64,000 nucleotides of DNA from Octopus vulgaris (GCA_951406725.2 OX597826.1:30442001-30506000), one strand, 5' to 3'. Numbered from the stretch's first letter, positions 29,731 to 46,327 are shown. Translations and numbers: made by a program. Notes: generated from the sequence alone by a model not told the origin.

Positions 29731-30110
29731 TGTAGCAACATATGGATGCGAGACCTGGACACTAAAGAAAGCTGACCAGAAGAGAATTAATTCATTCGAG
29801 CTTTGGTGTTGAAGAAGATTTTTGCGGATACCATGGTCAGCGAGACTCACCAATGGAGAAGTTCTTAGCCAGATCAAGCCGAAACTATTGCTGGAAGCTA
29901 GGATCACCAAGCATAGATTGGCATATTTTGGTCATGTTATACGGAGAAATCCCTGGAGAAGGACATCATGCTCAGAATGGTCAGTGGCAAGAGAGGAAGA
30001 GGCCAGCCTAGAACCCGCTGGCTTGATACCATAAAGAGTTAAACGGGAATGCCCATAGCCAATCTGAAAGAAGCGACCCAGGATAACCGAGAGTCGACTT
30101 CGACTGAACG
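29731..30110 (+). mobile_element. 3' fragment of an RTE-clade LINE
   Basis: VATYGCETWTLKKADQKRINSFELWC*RRFLRIPW..TNGEVL..RLAYFGHVIRRN, frameshift, LEKDIML..SGKRGRGQPRTRWLD: typical RTE ORF C-terminus. Confidence 0.85.
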
Positions 30111-30153
30111 GATAAGAGAGAGATACACACGTACTTACGCACACACACACACA

Positions 30154-30190
<37 letters not shown>

Positions 30191-31918
30191 ACACACACAT
30201 AAATAACGTTGCCGAACAGTCTACGAAAGATGACAATAAAGGTGCAATACTTATACGTCTACGTTAACTTTCTTCACTGAGAGAAGAGAGAAAAGAATCG
30301 ATGAAGAAACAACGATAAAATGTCTGACCTTTTTCCAGAATGTCAACGTGATTAGTTGATAAGAAGTTTTTTTTTATCCAGCAGAACTAGCAAAATCCAC
30401 GACAAATTCAAGGTTTGAAACAATGGTTGGTCATGGCGTTTATGGCAAACATTTGAATAATTGTCTGTTATCGGCGTTTCCCAAAAGAATGAGTTAGGGT
30501 TAGGATCTTACACAAGCCTTCACCATAGAAAACAATTCACCTGTGTGGGTAGCCTATCAGCAATAATATCGGTTGTAGGATCCTCATGCGTCGAAGCCGA
30601 CGGAAGAGTCCACTATGTTTGTGTGTGTGTGCGTGCGCGCTTATACGAATTTATAAAATAGAACATGTGTTTTTGAGTGTGTGTGTATCAGTCCTGGCTA
30701 TCGTGTCCAGTATGAGATATTTCTTTGAGATATTTTCTGAGAAATTTCTGACCCTGTAATCGCTTACATTACCATATTTCGTCGTTCTGTAATCCCCTTC
30801 CTTTTTAGCTCATTTTTAGCTCATAATCCCGCCGACAAAGAAACATTGAATAGCCGATACCAAGAGAAGTGATCGTGGAGTTAACCGAATGAGATACATC
30901 ATCAATGCTTCCTCCAGCACCCAAAAGACACCCACCTACAAACACACACACGCACACATACACAAGCACACATTTTTGCAATAAAAATCAGTGACGACAC
31001 CTCATGAGACTAGATATATACTTCAAAACAGCCACAGACTTTTACCACTACAGGTTACTTCCCTGCAACTACACGCTTCTTAGTTATATATCCTTTGCGT
31101 TTAACTAAGCAGAAATGATCTTAACAACATACAATGTTAACATTGGTGATTGATATACAACAGTACATTATAATCCGTTTTAATCGGTTGCTCTGCTATT
31201 TCCACAGCGTCATTTACCGACTGGGCACAAAAGCCGTATATTACCTCTTTCGTGAAACTCATCACGCGCCGCGAGTATCCATCATGAGATGGTGCATTGA
31301 CTCAACTACGAAGAATTCTATGAGAAATACTTCGAAGAATTCTATGAGAAATACTGCAGACTTAACTTCATTTGGTTCCACCTTTGTTCGTATTGGGATT
31401 GCTGGATTTGTTTATTGGATTATCAAAAGTGTTCGATAATTTGACTACTGATTGAATATTTTCTCTACAAATGAATTTAAGCAAATTAATCGCCGAAAAC
31501 TACAAAATAAATTACAGAATTACAGAACGTGTCTTGGATTTAATTTTAACAGCGTATACAATTTGCTGGTATTTGAAAGGAGTTCGGAATTAACAGAGAA
31601 TGTATTCATTGTTTTACTTTCCTGAAGGATCGATCGAGATTAATTCTATGTGCACAGTTAATCAGTTTAAATATCGATCTATAATGATGTTACAGTGTTA
31701 TATAAGCTGTTATCGTCCGTGTTGCTGTCGTTGTGGTTTAGCCCCAGGTCAGACCTGAATCAAACAGACCTATGATCAAAGGCATTCTGCCTACAACACT
31801 GGCCTTTTTGAAAATCAATGTATGCACCAGTGGTCCCCAATCAAGGGTCTGCGGACCTCTGGCGGTCCGCAAAGGTAGTAGTACTGTGGGTCTGTGAACT
31901 AAATTCAAAATTTCATAA

Positions 31919-31983
<65 letters not shown>

Positions 31984-32060
31984 TTGAGTTGTGGGGTATC
32001 GCACGAGTGGGATTATATAAGAAAAAAGGTTTGAAAATGCAATTTAAACGATGTTTATTT

Positions 32061-32101
32061 ACTTAACCGGTTTCACTCTTTGGTAAAAGATTGTCAAAAG
32101 T
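32061..32101 (-). ncRNA. Hammerhead ribozyme-like motif, UUGACAA (U3-A8) core, near the PLE 3' end
   Basis: Minus strand: actt TTGACAA tcttt-tacc-aaaga gt GAAA c-cg-g TT aagt; same sense as the PLE ORF; 2-nt bulge at the base of stem II. Confidence 0.55.
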
Positions 32102-32116
32102 TACATTTAAGGAAAC

Positions 32117-32344
32117 ATTGAATAATATGGGTTCAAAAAAAGTTTTTTACATAATTGTCACATTGAATATTATGCATTCAAAAAAGTTTTTTACATAATT
32201 GTCACATTGGATATTATGGGTTCAAAAAAAGTTTTTTACATAATTGTCACATTGAATATTATGCATTCAAAAAAGTTTTTTACATAATTGTCACATTGGA
32301 TATTATGAATTCAAAAATGTTTTTTTATACATAATTGTCACATT
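32117..32344. repeat. ~44-bp tandem repeat, 5 units, inside the PLE 3' region (mirrored at about 35488-35715)
   Basis: Unit cattgaatattatgcattcaaaaaagttttttacataattgtca, alternating gggttc/gcattc variants. Confidence 0.95.
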
Positions 32345-33573
32345 ATTTGGGAAAATTTGGCAGAAAAGGATAAAACAAATATATTATTGGGAATTGGTTG
32401 CGTTAATTATTGGTTGTCGCAAATTGTCACATTACATGTATATATATACAATCTTTGGTATATATATACAGCGTTTTGACAGCAAAAATTAAAATGGATT
32501 TTTTGTCCATCTCAGAATATTTTAAGTATGTTTTTACTGACCTGTCAGTATTAGCAGAAAGGCTGAACTGAGAGAACAGAAGTAGCCAATGTGGTGTATA
32601 CTTCCCTTTATGCATGAATGATTTTGGGGTTATCAGGAGGTTAGTATGCGGGTGTGAATAGATGTGTCCGTGCCTGCTGGTCAGACAGCGTCTGTTTGTC
32701 ACACACATATATATACACACAAACACACACACACAACAACACACACACACACACACACATAGTATACAAACACAAACCACATACAAACAACACACACACA
32801 CACAGAACACACACACCCACACACAACGCACCCACATATATCACATATACATACAGCACACAAATATAACATGTATCTATATATAACATACACAGATATA
32901 TAACACACATACACACACACACACACAACACACGCACACATACATACATAATATAAATATCACACAAATACACCTAGCATATATATATACACACATACAA
33001 TACACACATACAGCATGTAAGTAATATACATACACAATATATGCATGCAATATACATACGCAATACATACATATAATATATATATATATAGACAATGCAT
33101 ATACATATATACACATATACATATAAATAGTGTTTACATACACATACATAGATGTACCACATATACACACAACACACATACATACAATGCATACACATAC
33201 ACGTACGCATACATATAATATATATATACACACACACACACATAACATACATACACACACAATGCATACATATATATACACGCAATGCATATACATGTAT
33301 TCATGCACATATAGCACACCTACAATATACATATATACAGTGCACACATACACACAAATATATACACTTAATTGTACACGTACATATACAATACACATAC
33401 ATACAATATACATATATACAATGCGCATGCAAATAATGTACAAAATTCACCCCCCCCACACACACACAAATTACAAACCTATAGCGTACACACTCAAATA
33501 TATCTCTACATGCCGCACATACACACAAACAAAGTACTAACATATACACACATACCATGCATATACACACACA

Positions 33574-33617
<44 letters not shown>

Positions 33618-33985
33618 AGATACATATGTAAATACATACACACGTATACAATGCTCACACACACACACACACACACATACACACACACCCGCACACAGTG
33701 CACACACACACACACATATATACACACGTGCACACACACAAACACATACAACGCGCGCACACACACATATACACACACACGCACACAGTGCACACACACA
33801 CACACACACACATATATCACCTACATATATATAATGCATGCGTGTGCATGCCACGTATGTGTGCGGTCAATGCCCGCTAGTGTGTCCTATGCGTGCCGAT
33901 GCGCGCATGTGCCCGCCCGCACGATATGCTGTGAGCGTGCGCGCGTCCCTGTGTGCTTGCTCTGGATGTGCTTCCAGGGGGTATG

Positions 33986-34975
33986 TTAGAGTATGTTTAG
34001 TTGTGGTCTGTATTTTTGAATAAGATTACTTTCCTTATTTATTCGTGTTTGGTCTGTGGTGTTGTCCGAGCATTGGTATAGTGGGAAGACTAAGAATTTG
34101 GGGGACTTATTGTGTGCACAAAGGTCTAAGTGTCCACTTAGTGGTATCTGTCTTGTGGAGGGGTCCCTCAGTTGTTGTCGGTGAACTGTCATTCTGTCTC
34201 TGAGGGTAAGGCTCGTTTGCCCTATGTAGTCTTCGTGGCATCCTTCACACCTTATGACGTAGAGTAAATTTTTTGATGCGCACGTGAAGTTATTTTTTAT
34301 GATGAATGTGTGTCCCGAGTGGAACTTGTACGACGATCCCTCAATGAGGTGGATGCAGGTCTTACAGTTGGGGCGACCACATTTTTTGATGGTGGGCGGT
34401 GGGTTTGTGTTGTGTAATTTTGCGTTGGTGAGGAGGTTTTTTAGGGATTTAGGTTGTCTCTTACTTTTTATTATTTTATGAGCTGCCAGTATTTTTTTCA
34501 GGCGTGGGTCTTGATTTAGTTGTGGAATGTTGTTGTATATAATAGTGTAAGCTTCTGCATTCCTTGGGTTGTGTGTTGAGAGATAAGGGAGGCTATTGAC
34601 TGTACTGTGGATGTGTTTGGGTTTTCGAAGGTCTTGAATGTTGATTGATTTGGCCCGTTCTATTCCGTTGTCTACTAGTGATGCCGGGTAATGTCTTTCG
34701 AGAAGAATTGCCCTTAGTTCCCGGAGTCTTCTATTTCGTGTTGTGTCATTTGAGACAATAGTGCAGATTCTTCTCGCTAGGTTGAAGGGGATATTTGTCT
34801 TTGTGTGTTTTGGGTGATTGGAGGTGAATAGAAGGTATTGTTTAGAGTCAGTGGGTTTGTAATGGATGTCAGTTTCAATGTTGACGCCTTTTTTAATGAT
34901 TAGGATGTCAAGAAAAGGGAGTTGGTCCTGACTATATTCCATTGTGAATTGAATGTTGTTATTTACACTGTTGTG
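33986..34975 (-). CDS. Penelope-like element ORF, C-terminal part: end of reverse transcriptase, thumb, Cys-rich linker, GIY-YIG endonuclease (5'-truncated, no stops)
   Basis: NIQFTME..LPFLDI..YKPTDSKQYL.FTSNHP; KCGRPNCKTC linker; FTCASKNLLYVIRCEGC..YIGQT..LRDRMTVH..H; RINKE..PQLN end. The first ~65 aa of the listed 394-aa ORF come from the inverted arm and are not real. Confidence 0.92.
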   Translation of the reverse strand, partial: HNSVNNNIQFTMEYSQDQLPFLDILIIKKGVNIETDIHYKPTDSKQYLLFTSNHPKHTKTNIPFNLARRICTIVSNDTTRNRRLRELRAILLERHYPASLVDNGIERAKSINIQDLRKPKHIHSTVNSLPYLSTHNPRNAEAYTIIYNNIPQLNQDPRLKKILAAHKIIKSKRQPKSLKNLLTNAKLHNTNPPPTIKKCGRPNCKTCIHLIEGSSYKFHSGHTFIIKNNFTCASKNLLYVIRCEGCHEDYIGQTSLTLRDRMTVHRQQLRDPSTRQIPLSGHLDLCAHNKSPKFLVFPLYQCSDNTTDQTRINKESNLIQKYRPQLNIL

Positions 34976-35811
34976 CTGTGTGTATATGTGATATATGTGG
35001 GTGCGTTGTGTGTGGGTGTGTGTGTTCTGTGTGTGTGTGTGTTGTTTGTATGTGGTTTGTGTTTGTATACTATGTGTGTGTGTGTGTGTGTTGTTGTGTG
35101 TGTGTGTGTTTGTGTGTATATATATGTGTGTGACAAACAGACGCTGTCTGACCAGCAGGCACGGACACATCTATTCACACCCGCATACTAACCTCCTGAT
35201 AACCCCAAAATCATTCATGCATAAAGGGGAAGTATACACCACATTGGCTACTTCTGTTCTCTCAGTTCAGCCTTTCTGCTAATACTGACAGGTCAGTAAA
35301 AACATACTTAAAATATTCTGAGATGGACAAAAAATCCATTTTAATTTTTGCTGTCAAAACGCTGTATATATATACCAAAGATTGTATATATATACATGTA
35401 ATGTGACAATTTGCGACAACCAATAATTAACGCAACCAATTCCCAATAATATATTTGTTTTATCCTTTTCTGCCAAATTTTCCCAAATAATGTGACAATT
35501 ATGTATAAAAAAACATTTTTGAATTCATAATATCCAATGTGACAATTATGTAAAAAACTTTTTGAATGCATAATATTCAATGTGACAATTATGTAAAAAA
35601 CTTTTTTGAACCCATAATATCCAATGTGACAATTATGTAAAAAACTTTTTTGAATGCATAATATTCAATGTGACAATTATGTAAAAAACTTTTTTTGAAC
35701 CCATATTATTCAATGTTTCCTTAAATGTAACTTTTGACAATCTTTTACCAAAGAGTGAAACCGGTTAAGTAAATAAACATCGTTTAAATTGCATTTTCAA
35801 ACCTTTTTTCT

Positions 35812-35817
<6 letters not shown>
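34972..35817. repeat. Right arm of ~846-bp inverted repeat
   Basis: Reverse complement of 32014-32860; abuts the truncation point of the PLE ORF. Confidence 0.95.
35730..35770 (+). ncRNA. Mirror copy of the U3-A8 hammerhead-like motif
   Basis: actt TTGACAA tcttttaccaaagagt GAAA ccgg TT aagt. Confidence 0.55.
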
Positions 35818-35886
<69 letters not shown>

Positions 35887-36078
35887 TAAGCAATAAAGGG
35901 TTTAGCAACGAATTGCCTTACCACATACCGAATTTAGAAATAGCAGTCAAAGAGTTATAGCTATTTCTTCTACTAAAAAGGGAGATCTCAGTAAAAACAG
36001 CAATTGGAAGGCAGACACAAACAGGTAAGAGAGAATGAATTGACGGCAATCTATCATACAATTTTAAGTTATCTACGG

Positions 36079-36169
36079 ACGTACGTTTCGAAATCAAGTT
36101 TTTAGGAAAGCATAAGAATTAAATATTAAATAATTCTATCTTACCAAGAACTTCTTTTCTCTTCAGCGT
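36079..36169 (-). ncRNA. Hammerhead ribozyme-like motif with canonical core and extended stem II
   Basis: Minus strand: acg CTGAAGA [gaaa..aagtt..gaatt..aattc..aactt..tttc, ~70 nt] GAAA cg TA cgt; inside a ~350-bp element (35886-36238) flanked by (TA)n. Confidence 0.65.
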
Positions 36170-36256
36170 AGAATACTATAATCATAAATGATTATATATT
36201 GAATTTTGAGATACTAGAAGGCATCAACTCAACTCAGTATATATATATATATATAT

Positions 36257-37573
<1,317 letters not shown>

Positions 37574-38314
37574 AATATGCATATTAAAATGAATCCATGG
37601 AAAAACTCTTAAATAAAAGTGTTGGGAACCACTATTGGAGACCCCTGTAAAAAGGTTGGGAGCCACTGGCATATACCGTCCAATGTAGACCTTCCTTCTT
37701 TACTATAATAGTGTGCGATTTGAGAGAGATTTGCCTGTAACTGATAGCACGTCGTTATTGTTGTTTTGGCCCTGTGAGAAGATGGAGAGGGAGAAATAAC
37801 GTAACTCAGAAAGAAATCGCTTCCACCATTAAATCCATCGTTCCGTGATTCTCTGAAGATACGTGGTTTAGTGGTTAGGGTGATAGACACATGGTTGTAA
37901 AATCATGGTTTCGATACCCTGACAGGGTGGCATATGGTGGCTTTGAACAAAAAATTTGACGTTGGTCCACATCCTTCGCTTGAAAATCCCTTAGAGCGTG
38001 CGGTGCTTGCAAATTATTGCCCCCCACACCCCCCCGAATGTATACCGATATCTAGGAACCTTATTGCTTGCAGAACACTTGATGATGATTCTATAATTTG
38101 AATGCTTTATTTCATCTTTCTACAGTCGATGAACTAAAATACCAGTTATAAACTGGTGTAGATTCTTTCATTATAAATTTCTTGCATAAATACGTGTTTC
38201 TCTGCCGATGTAATAAATTGATCTTTTGCTTTCAAATGTCTATCAAGCAAAAAATTTAAAAAACAAAATAACAGGATTTTTGTATCATCAAAAAATTACA
38301 AAATTTTATGATTT

Positions 38315-40335
<2,021 letters not shown>

Positions 40336-40414
40336 CTCTTCATAATGTTGCAGGCCTTCCGCCACCGTCATCGTCGTCATCATCATCACCACCGCCAACA
40401 CCATCGTCTTCATT

Positions 40415-40446
<32 letters not shown>

Positions 40447-40625
40447 TGTCGTCGTCTTCATCATCATTATCACCACCACCACTACCACCATCATCACCAA
40501 CACCACCGCCATCTTCTTCATCATCATCAATTTCATCACCATCACCATCACCACCAACCACCACCATTACCACCACCACGAACAACAACAACACCACCCC
40601 CAACACCATCATAATTATCATCATC

Positions 40626-40665
<40 letters not shown>

Positions 40666-41226
40666 TAATAATACTGGCAGGAATTTTCGAAGTATTACTA
40701 CACCCGAGGACACGAACCAAACACTGATTAATTAGCATGCTTTATTCTCTGCACACGCAGTTTTAATTACCTCGGGGTGGGGGAGGGTAAGGGGGAATTG
40801 TTTCCACTCCTATATTATTGTAGGCAAACTTTTAAAAATAAGTACCTCGATATTGTACAGCCGAACATAACCCGAGGTACGCACTCATATTTCAACGACT
40901 CGTTCTCTTGAATTTAAACTATCGTTAATGCAGTTTTTATTGGTGCCGCTATTCATGGCCTCATTGTCGATGCTGTTATTGTTCTTGTCGTTGTTCATGT
41001 TGTTTTTGTTGTTGCTGTTGTTCTTGTTGTGGTTGTTGTTGTTGCTGTTGTTATTAATACGCTGCTTCAGTGAAACCATGGAGACTGATTTGACTTTCTG
41101 TAGATAAAGAAAAGGAACTGGCGTTTAATGTCTTCCCTCTCCCCAACCCCGTCCAGCCGCCCCTCTCTCTCCCTCTCTAAATTTCCTTATCCATATGTAT
41201 GTGAAGTGCTTCTATGTTTATTTGTG

Positions 41227-41311
<85 letters not shown>

Positions 41312-41315
41312 ATAC

Positions 41316-41357
<42 letters not shown>

Positions 41358-41466
41358 CTTGTTACTCTTATACTCGTTACTTCAATTGTTTTCGAGGTTC
41401 TTCAGTGGAAAGGTTTCTCTCTCCCTCTCCCCCTTCTCTTTCTCTCTATTCTTTCCTTCTGCATGC

Positions 41467-41504
<38 letters not shown>

Positions 41505-41531
41505 GAGTGTATGTGTAGGTATATATATATG

Positions 41532-41581
<50 letters not shown>

Positions 41582-42087
41582 CGTATATTGATGACTGTAT
41601 ACATGTATGTATATACTCCTATGCATACCAGTGTCTGTTAGTCTTTTTTCCAGTCTAGGTCTTGGAGTCTGTTTGGCTGTATACCATTGTTACTACCTTC
41701 TGTCTTTCTGTCTTTCTCTATCCCCATCTCTCTCTCACTCTGTCTCTCTCTCTCTCCCTCTGAATCTATCACCGTATATATATGTATGTATACAAGCTGA
41801 CATATAGCGCACATAATTGTATGAATATATGCATGCAAAAATGAGTGCAGATATATATATATATATATATATTCATACATATATGTTTGTATGTATGTAT
41901 ATATATGGGGGTATGTTTCTATGCGTACACTGTAAAAGAGAAGAGAGTGAGAAAGGGAGAGGAACAAACGAAGATACACCACGGATGTATGCGTATGCAC
42001 GTATGAATGTACTTTTAGCTTGCATACCTGCCTACACACACAATTATACACAAAGACACACACACACACACAGACACACACACACAC

Positions 42088-42137
<50 letters not shown>

Positions 42138-42202
42138 ATATATATATTATTATATATATGTGTATATATATATATATATATATAGATGGGTATATGTGTA
42201 TT

Positions 42203-42250
<48 letters not shown>

Positions 42251-42571
42251 CGTACATATATGTATATATATATATTTATATATATGCGTACATATATGTA
42301 TATATATATATGTATGAATGTATATAATCACACAATACAAACACATACGCAGGGAGTCCTTCTCCCTGCTAGCCTGCAATTAAATCAGGAAAACATAATG
42401 TATGGCCTGTGAACAACTACAAGAACAACAGCAACAACATCAGTAACGACAACGTAAATCAAATAAACAACAATCTAGGAAAAATATTTCAAATGAAAAC
42501 AAAAGCTCTGCAACAACAACAACAAGAACAACAACAACAAGAACAACAACAACAAGAACAACAACAACAAG

Positions 42572-42603
<32 letters not shown>

Positions 42604-43239
42604 GAACAACAACAACAGCGAAAACAAGAGGGATAATCATAAAAGGGACAAGAAGCCCCACCCGTCCCCTCCCGTCACCACTACCACCACCTCCACCACC
42701 GCCGCCGCCGCCGCCCACCTCCGTCACTAATTAAATCCCGCATAACAACGTTGTTCGAACGAGTTTTGATCGATTTTGGTGCTGAATATAGATGTTTTTG
42801 AAGCCACTACCACCTGTACCATCGCCTCTACCACCGCACCCCCCGCCGCCACCTTTAGGAGCCATCACCGGTACTACGACCATTACAAGACATCGCCGCC
42901 GTTGCCGTCACCACCACCGCCACCGCTACCGTCCCCACTACCACCACCGTTCACCACCACCGCTGCAAGCCAACACCGTCACCATCACCACGACCACGAA
43001 CACTATTGCCACCACTACCACCATTTCCACCACCGCCACCACACCATTACCATCACCGCGAACACTATCGCCCCACCATCACTGTCATCGCAGCAATTTC
43101 CACCACTACCTCCACTACCTCCACCACCACCACCACCACCACCACCACTTTCATTATTATTATCCCCACTAGGACCTTCGCCATCGGTAACGTGACTCTT
43201 AGTGCTACTGATAACATGAAACTCAGTATAGCTACAACT

Positions 43240-43440
43240 TATTTCTTTACTACCCACAAGGGGCTAAACACAAAGAGGACAAACAAGGACAGACAAACGG
43301 ATTAAGCCGATTACATCGACCCCAGTGCGTAACTGGTACTTTATTTAATCGACCCCGAAAGGATGAAAGGCAAAGTCGTCCTCGGCGGAATTTGAACTCA
43401 GAACGTAACGGCAGGCGTGCTAACGGTTCTATCAGCTCGC
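43240..43440 (-). mobile_element. SINE-like repeat family B
   Basis: Reverse complement of the family B body and tail. Confidence 0.8.
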
Positions 43441-43844
43441 ACGGTCAAGCCCTTCGGAGACTCAACCTGCAACTCCTACAAATATTACTTGTTGCGGAGG
43501 CTGATTTTCGTAGGACATCCGACCATGGCAATAAGCAAAGCATGTCAAAAAGCGGATGAGCTGAAGAGAATCAACAGCCATCTTTTAGATATCTCTCTTC
43601 GGACTTCGGCTGCATCCAATGATACGAACAAGTTCTTTCATTTGAGGGGAGGGGAGAAATGCCTACGTTGCTAAAGACTGAGATTTTCCCTGTGCAAAGC
43701 CTTTCCTGACTTTAAAAGTTTCAGGCACAGATAGCACGCATTTTTAAAACCCTTCTGCAATGTGTTGCACACACAATGGAGGCTGTAGCAGAAACAGGCA
43801 AAATCATTCAATGAATAATTCCAAATTCGTATATATATATATGA

Positions 43845-43876
<32 letters not shown>

Positions 43877-43884
43877 GTGTGTGT

Positions 43885-44245
43885 AGGTGCAGGGGTGGCT
43901 GTGCGGTAAGAAACATGCTTCCCAAACACATGGTTCCGGGTTCAGTCCTACTGCGTGTCACCTTGAGCAAGTGTCTTCTACTATAGCCTCGGACCGTGTG
44001 TGTGTGTGTGTGTATGTGTGTGTGTCAGTGTGTGTGTGTATGTGTGTATGTAAAAATCTGTGATTGCATATATGTTTGGTGTCTGTTTCAGCTTTTGTTG
44101 ACAACCAGTTGTACTATGTTTATGTCCCCGTCAGCTAGCGCTTCGACAAAAGACAACTCACATAAAATAAGCGCTGCAATCCATTAGTTCGGCTAAAATA
44201 AATACATAAAAACGTCCAAAGCGGTGCTCCTGCATGGCCGTAGTA
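43885..44245 (+). mobile_element. SINE family A (deleted/diverged)
   Basis: ggtgcaggggtggctgtgcggtaag...ggttccgggttcagtcc...cttgagcaagtgtcttc...gcggtgctcctgcatggccg. Confidence 0.75.
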
Positions 44246-45280
44246 ACAGAATACATACAAAACATCTGTCACTCACATACGCATGCGTTCTATTTTATTC
44301 AGAAGAAATAAACAAAGAAACAATATAAATAAATAAATAAACAAATAAGATTAAAAACAACCAAAAGTTTCCATTAAATTCAATCCTTTCTCTAGTTTCG
44401 GTTCATCATTCTATTGCAGCGCCCTCTGTCGTTAAATCCATATTCGTGGCAATAAACAGCTAAAATAAAACAGTTGAATATTCATTCCATATCTTGATGG
44501 CTTTTTCATTTTTTTCTTAATGGTTATAGTTAATAATTTTCTAATATATTCTATTTTTATTATTTTCATTATTTTTGTTATGTTTAATATATTTTATATC
44601 ATATGTAATTTTGTCCCCCGTTTTTTTACTCTTCTCCCAATTTCCCTTCGTTCCGTTTTACTATTATTATCATCACCACTACCATCACCGCCATCATCAT
44701 CATCATCATTATTGGTGTTATTTTTCGTGGCACTTTGTTAGATGTGCGTGTATATATGTATAAATTTGTGTATATACATTTATGTATATATACATATATA
44801 TAGACATAACACACACATGTATACAGACATACGACAGACGGGCACACAGATATGTATGTACTCTCTCGCTCCCTCTTCTTTCTTCCTCTCTCACCCTTTC
44901 TCTCTCTCTCACACACACACATATGTATGGATGTACATTTTTTATGTGACATGGGATTTTTGGATTAGAATTTCATTATTGTTTAAATTGATATCCTGTT
45001 CTCTACATATACACGTATGTGTGTGCGTGTGCGTGTCTGTATATATACGCATTATACATATATATAATATATATGAATGCACACTTGCATCTATATATAT
45101 ATGTATGTATGTACGTATGTATATGTACATCTATCTATCCATTTATATATAGATGTATGGATGTATGCATGTATGCATGTATCTATATATGTATGTATTA
45201 TGTTTGTATGTTTGCATGTATGTATGTGTATTTGCATGTATGCATGCATATATATATGTATGCATGTATGTTTATATACA

Positions 45281-45324
<44 letters not shown>

Positions 45325-45375
45325 GTATGCACGTATGCATGCATGTTTGCATGTATGTATGTATATATACAACTA

Positions 45376-45411
<36 letters not shown>

Positions 45412-45492
45412 TGTATGTATGTATGTATGCATGTATGTATGCATATATGTGTATATGTATACATGTATGTTTGCTTGTATGTATATATACAT

Positions 45493-45540
<48 letters not shown>

Positions 45541-45689
45541 GTGTGTGTGTGTGTGAAATAGAAGAATATAGATTTGGGTGTGAGTTGGTGTATTATTATT
45601 TCGGGGTTTGTTGTGTTTGTTTTTGTTCTTTGTGTGTATTGTTAGGTTATGTGCACGTGCGTGCTGACAGCGCTTGTGTGTATGTGTAG

Positions 45690-46025
45690 ATACTGACGAC
45701 GACGACGACGATGACAAGGTTGCTGCTGATGGTGATGATGATGATAACGACGACGACGATGATGATTATGACGATGACAACAACGACGACGACAGCGATG
45801 ATGACGATGAAAACCATGACTATGATGATGATGTTGATGACCATGGTGGTCATGATGATGATGATGATGATGATAACGAGGGCATTGATAATGATGCTAA
45901 TGCTGACGGTGATGATGTTGATTATGATGACGATGGTGACGATGCCGACGGCGACAATGTTAGCGATGATAATGATGGTGATGATGATAATGAGGATGAT
46001 GATAGTAGTGATAATGATAATGATT
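45690..46025. repeat. (GAT/GAC)n degenerate trinucleotide tract
   Basis: Direct inspection; source of the poly-Asp, poly-Met and poly-Ile pseudo-ORFs. Confidence 0.9.
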
Positions 46026-46327
46026 CGTTCACAAAACTGCCGAGTTATCAATTTAAGAGACAATAGTCTTTTGTTTTTGTTTTTTCCTATCGGGAATTGA
46101 TTAGATGCTCCTTTTGTGTTTGTCTCCAGGTTTGTGCAATCAGGAATGATTGTAGAATGTATGTTTATGTGTTTGTATGCATGTGTGTGGTGTGTGCCTG
46201 CGCGTGTACATACAGCCCCCACCCGCACACATATATGTAAATATGTATACAAACTCACACACACACGCACACACACATATATATATACGTATATATACAC
46301 ATATATACACAGGTATATATGATTATA

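Larger units (their letters stand above)
32014..32860. repeat. Left arm of ~846-bp inverted repeat (partner 34972-35817)
   Basis: Direct reverse-complement comparison shows only a few substitutions and indels. Confidence 0.95.
31979..35817 (-). mobile_element. 5'-truncated Penelope-like retroelement (Neptune-type) with inverted duplication of its 3' end
   Basis: RT-end plus GIY-YIG ORF on the minus strand, ~2-kb 3' region, near-identical inverted arms 32014-32860 and 34972-35817, (TA)n on both sides. Confidence 0.9.

Noticed and set aside
32117-32344. CRISPR-like regularly spaced repeats
   Set aside because: Units are contiguous with no unique spacers; eukaryotic context and no cas genes.
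34976-35170. N-terminus of the 394-aa ORF
   Set aside because: Read-through of the CA-rich inverted arm, not PLE protein.
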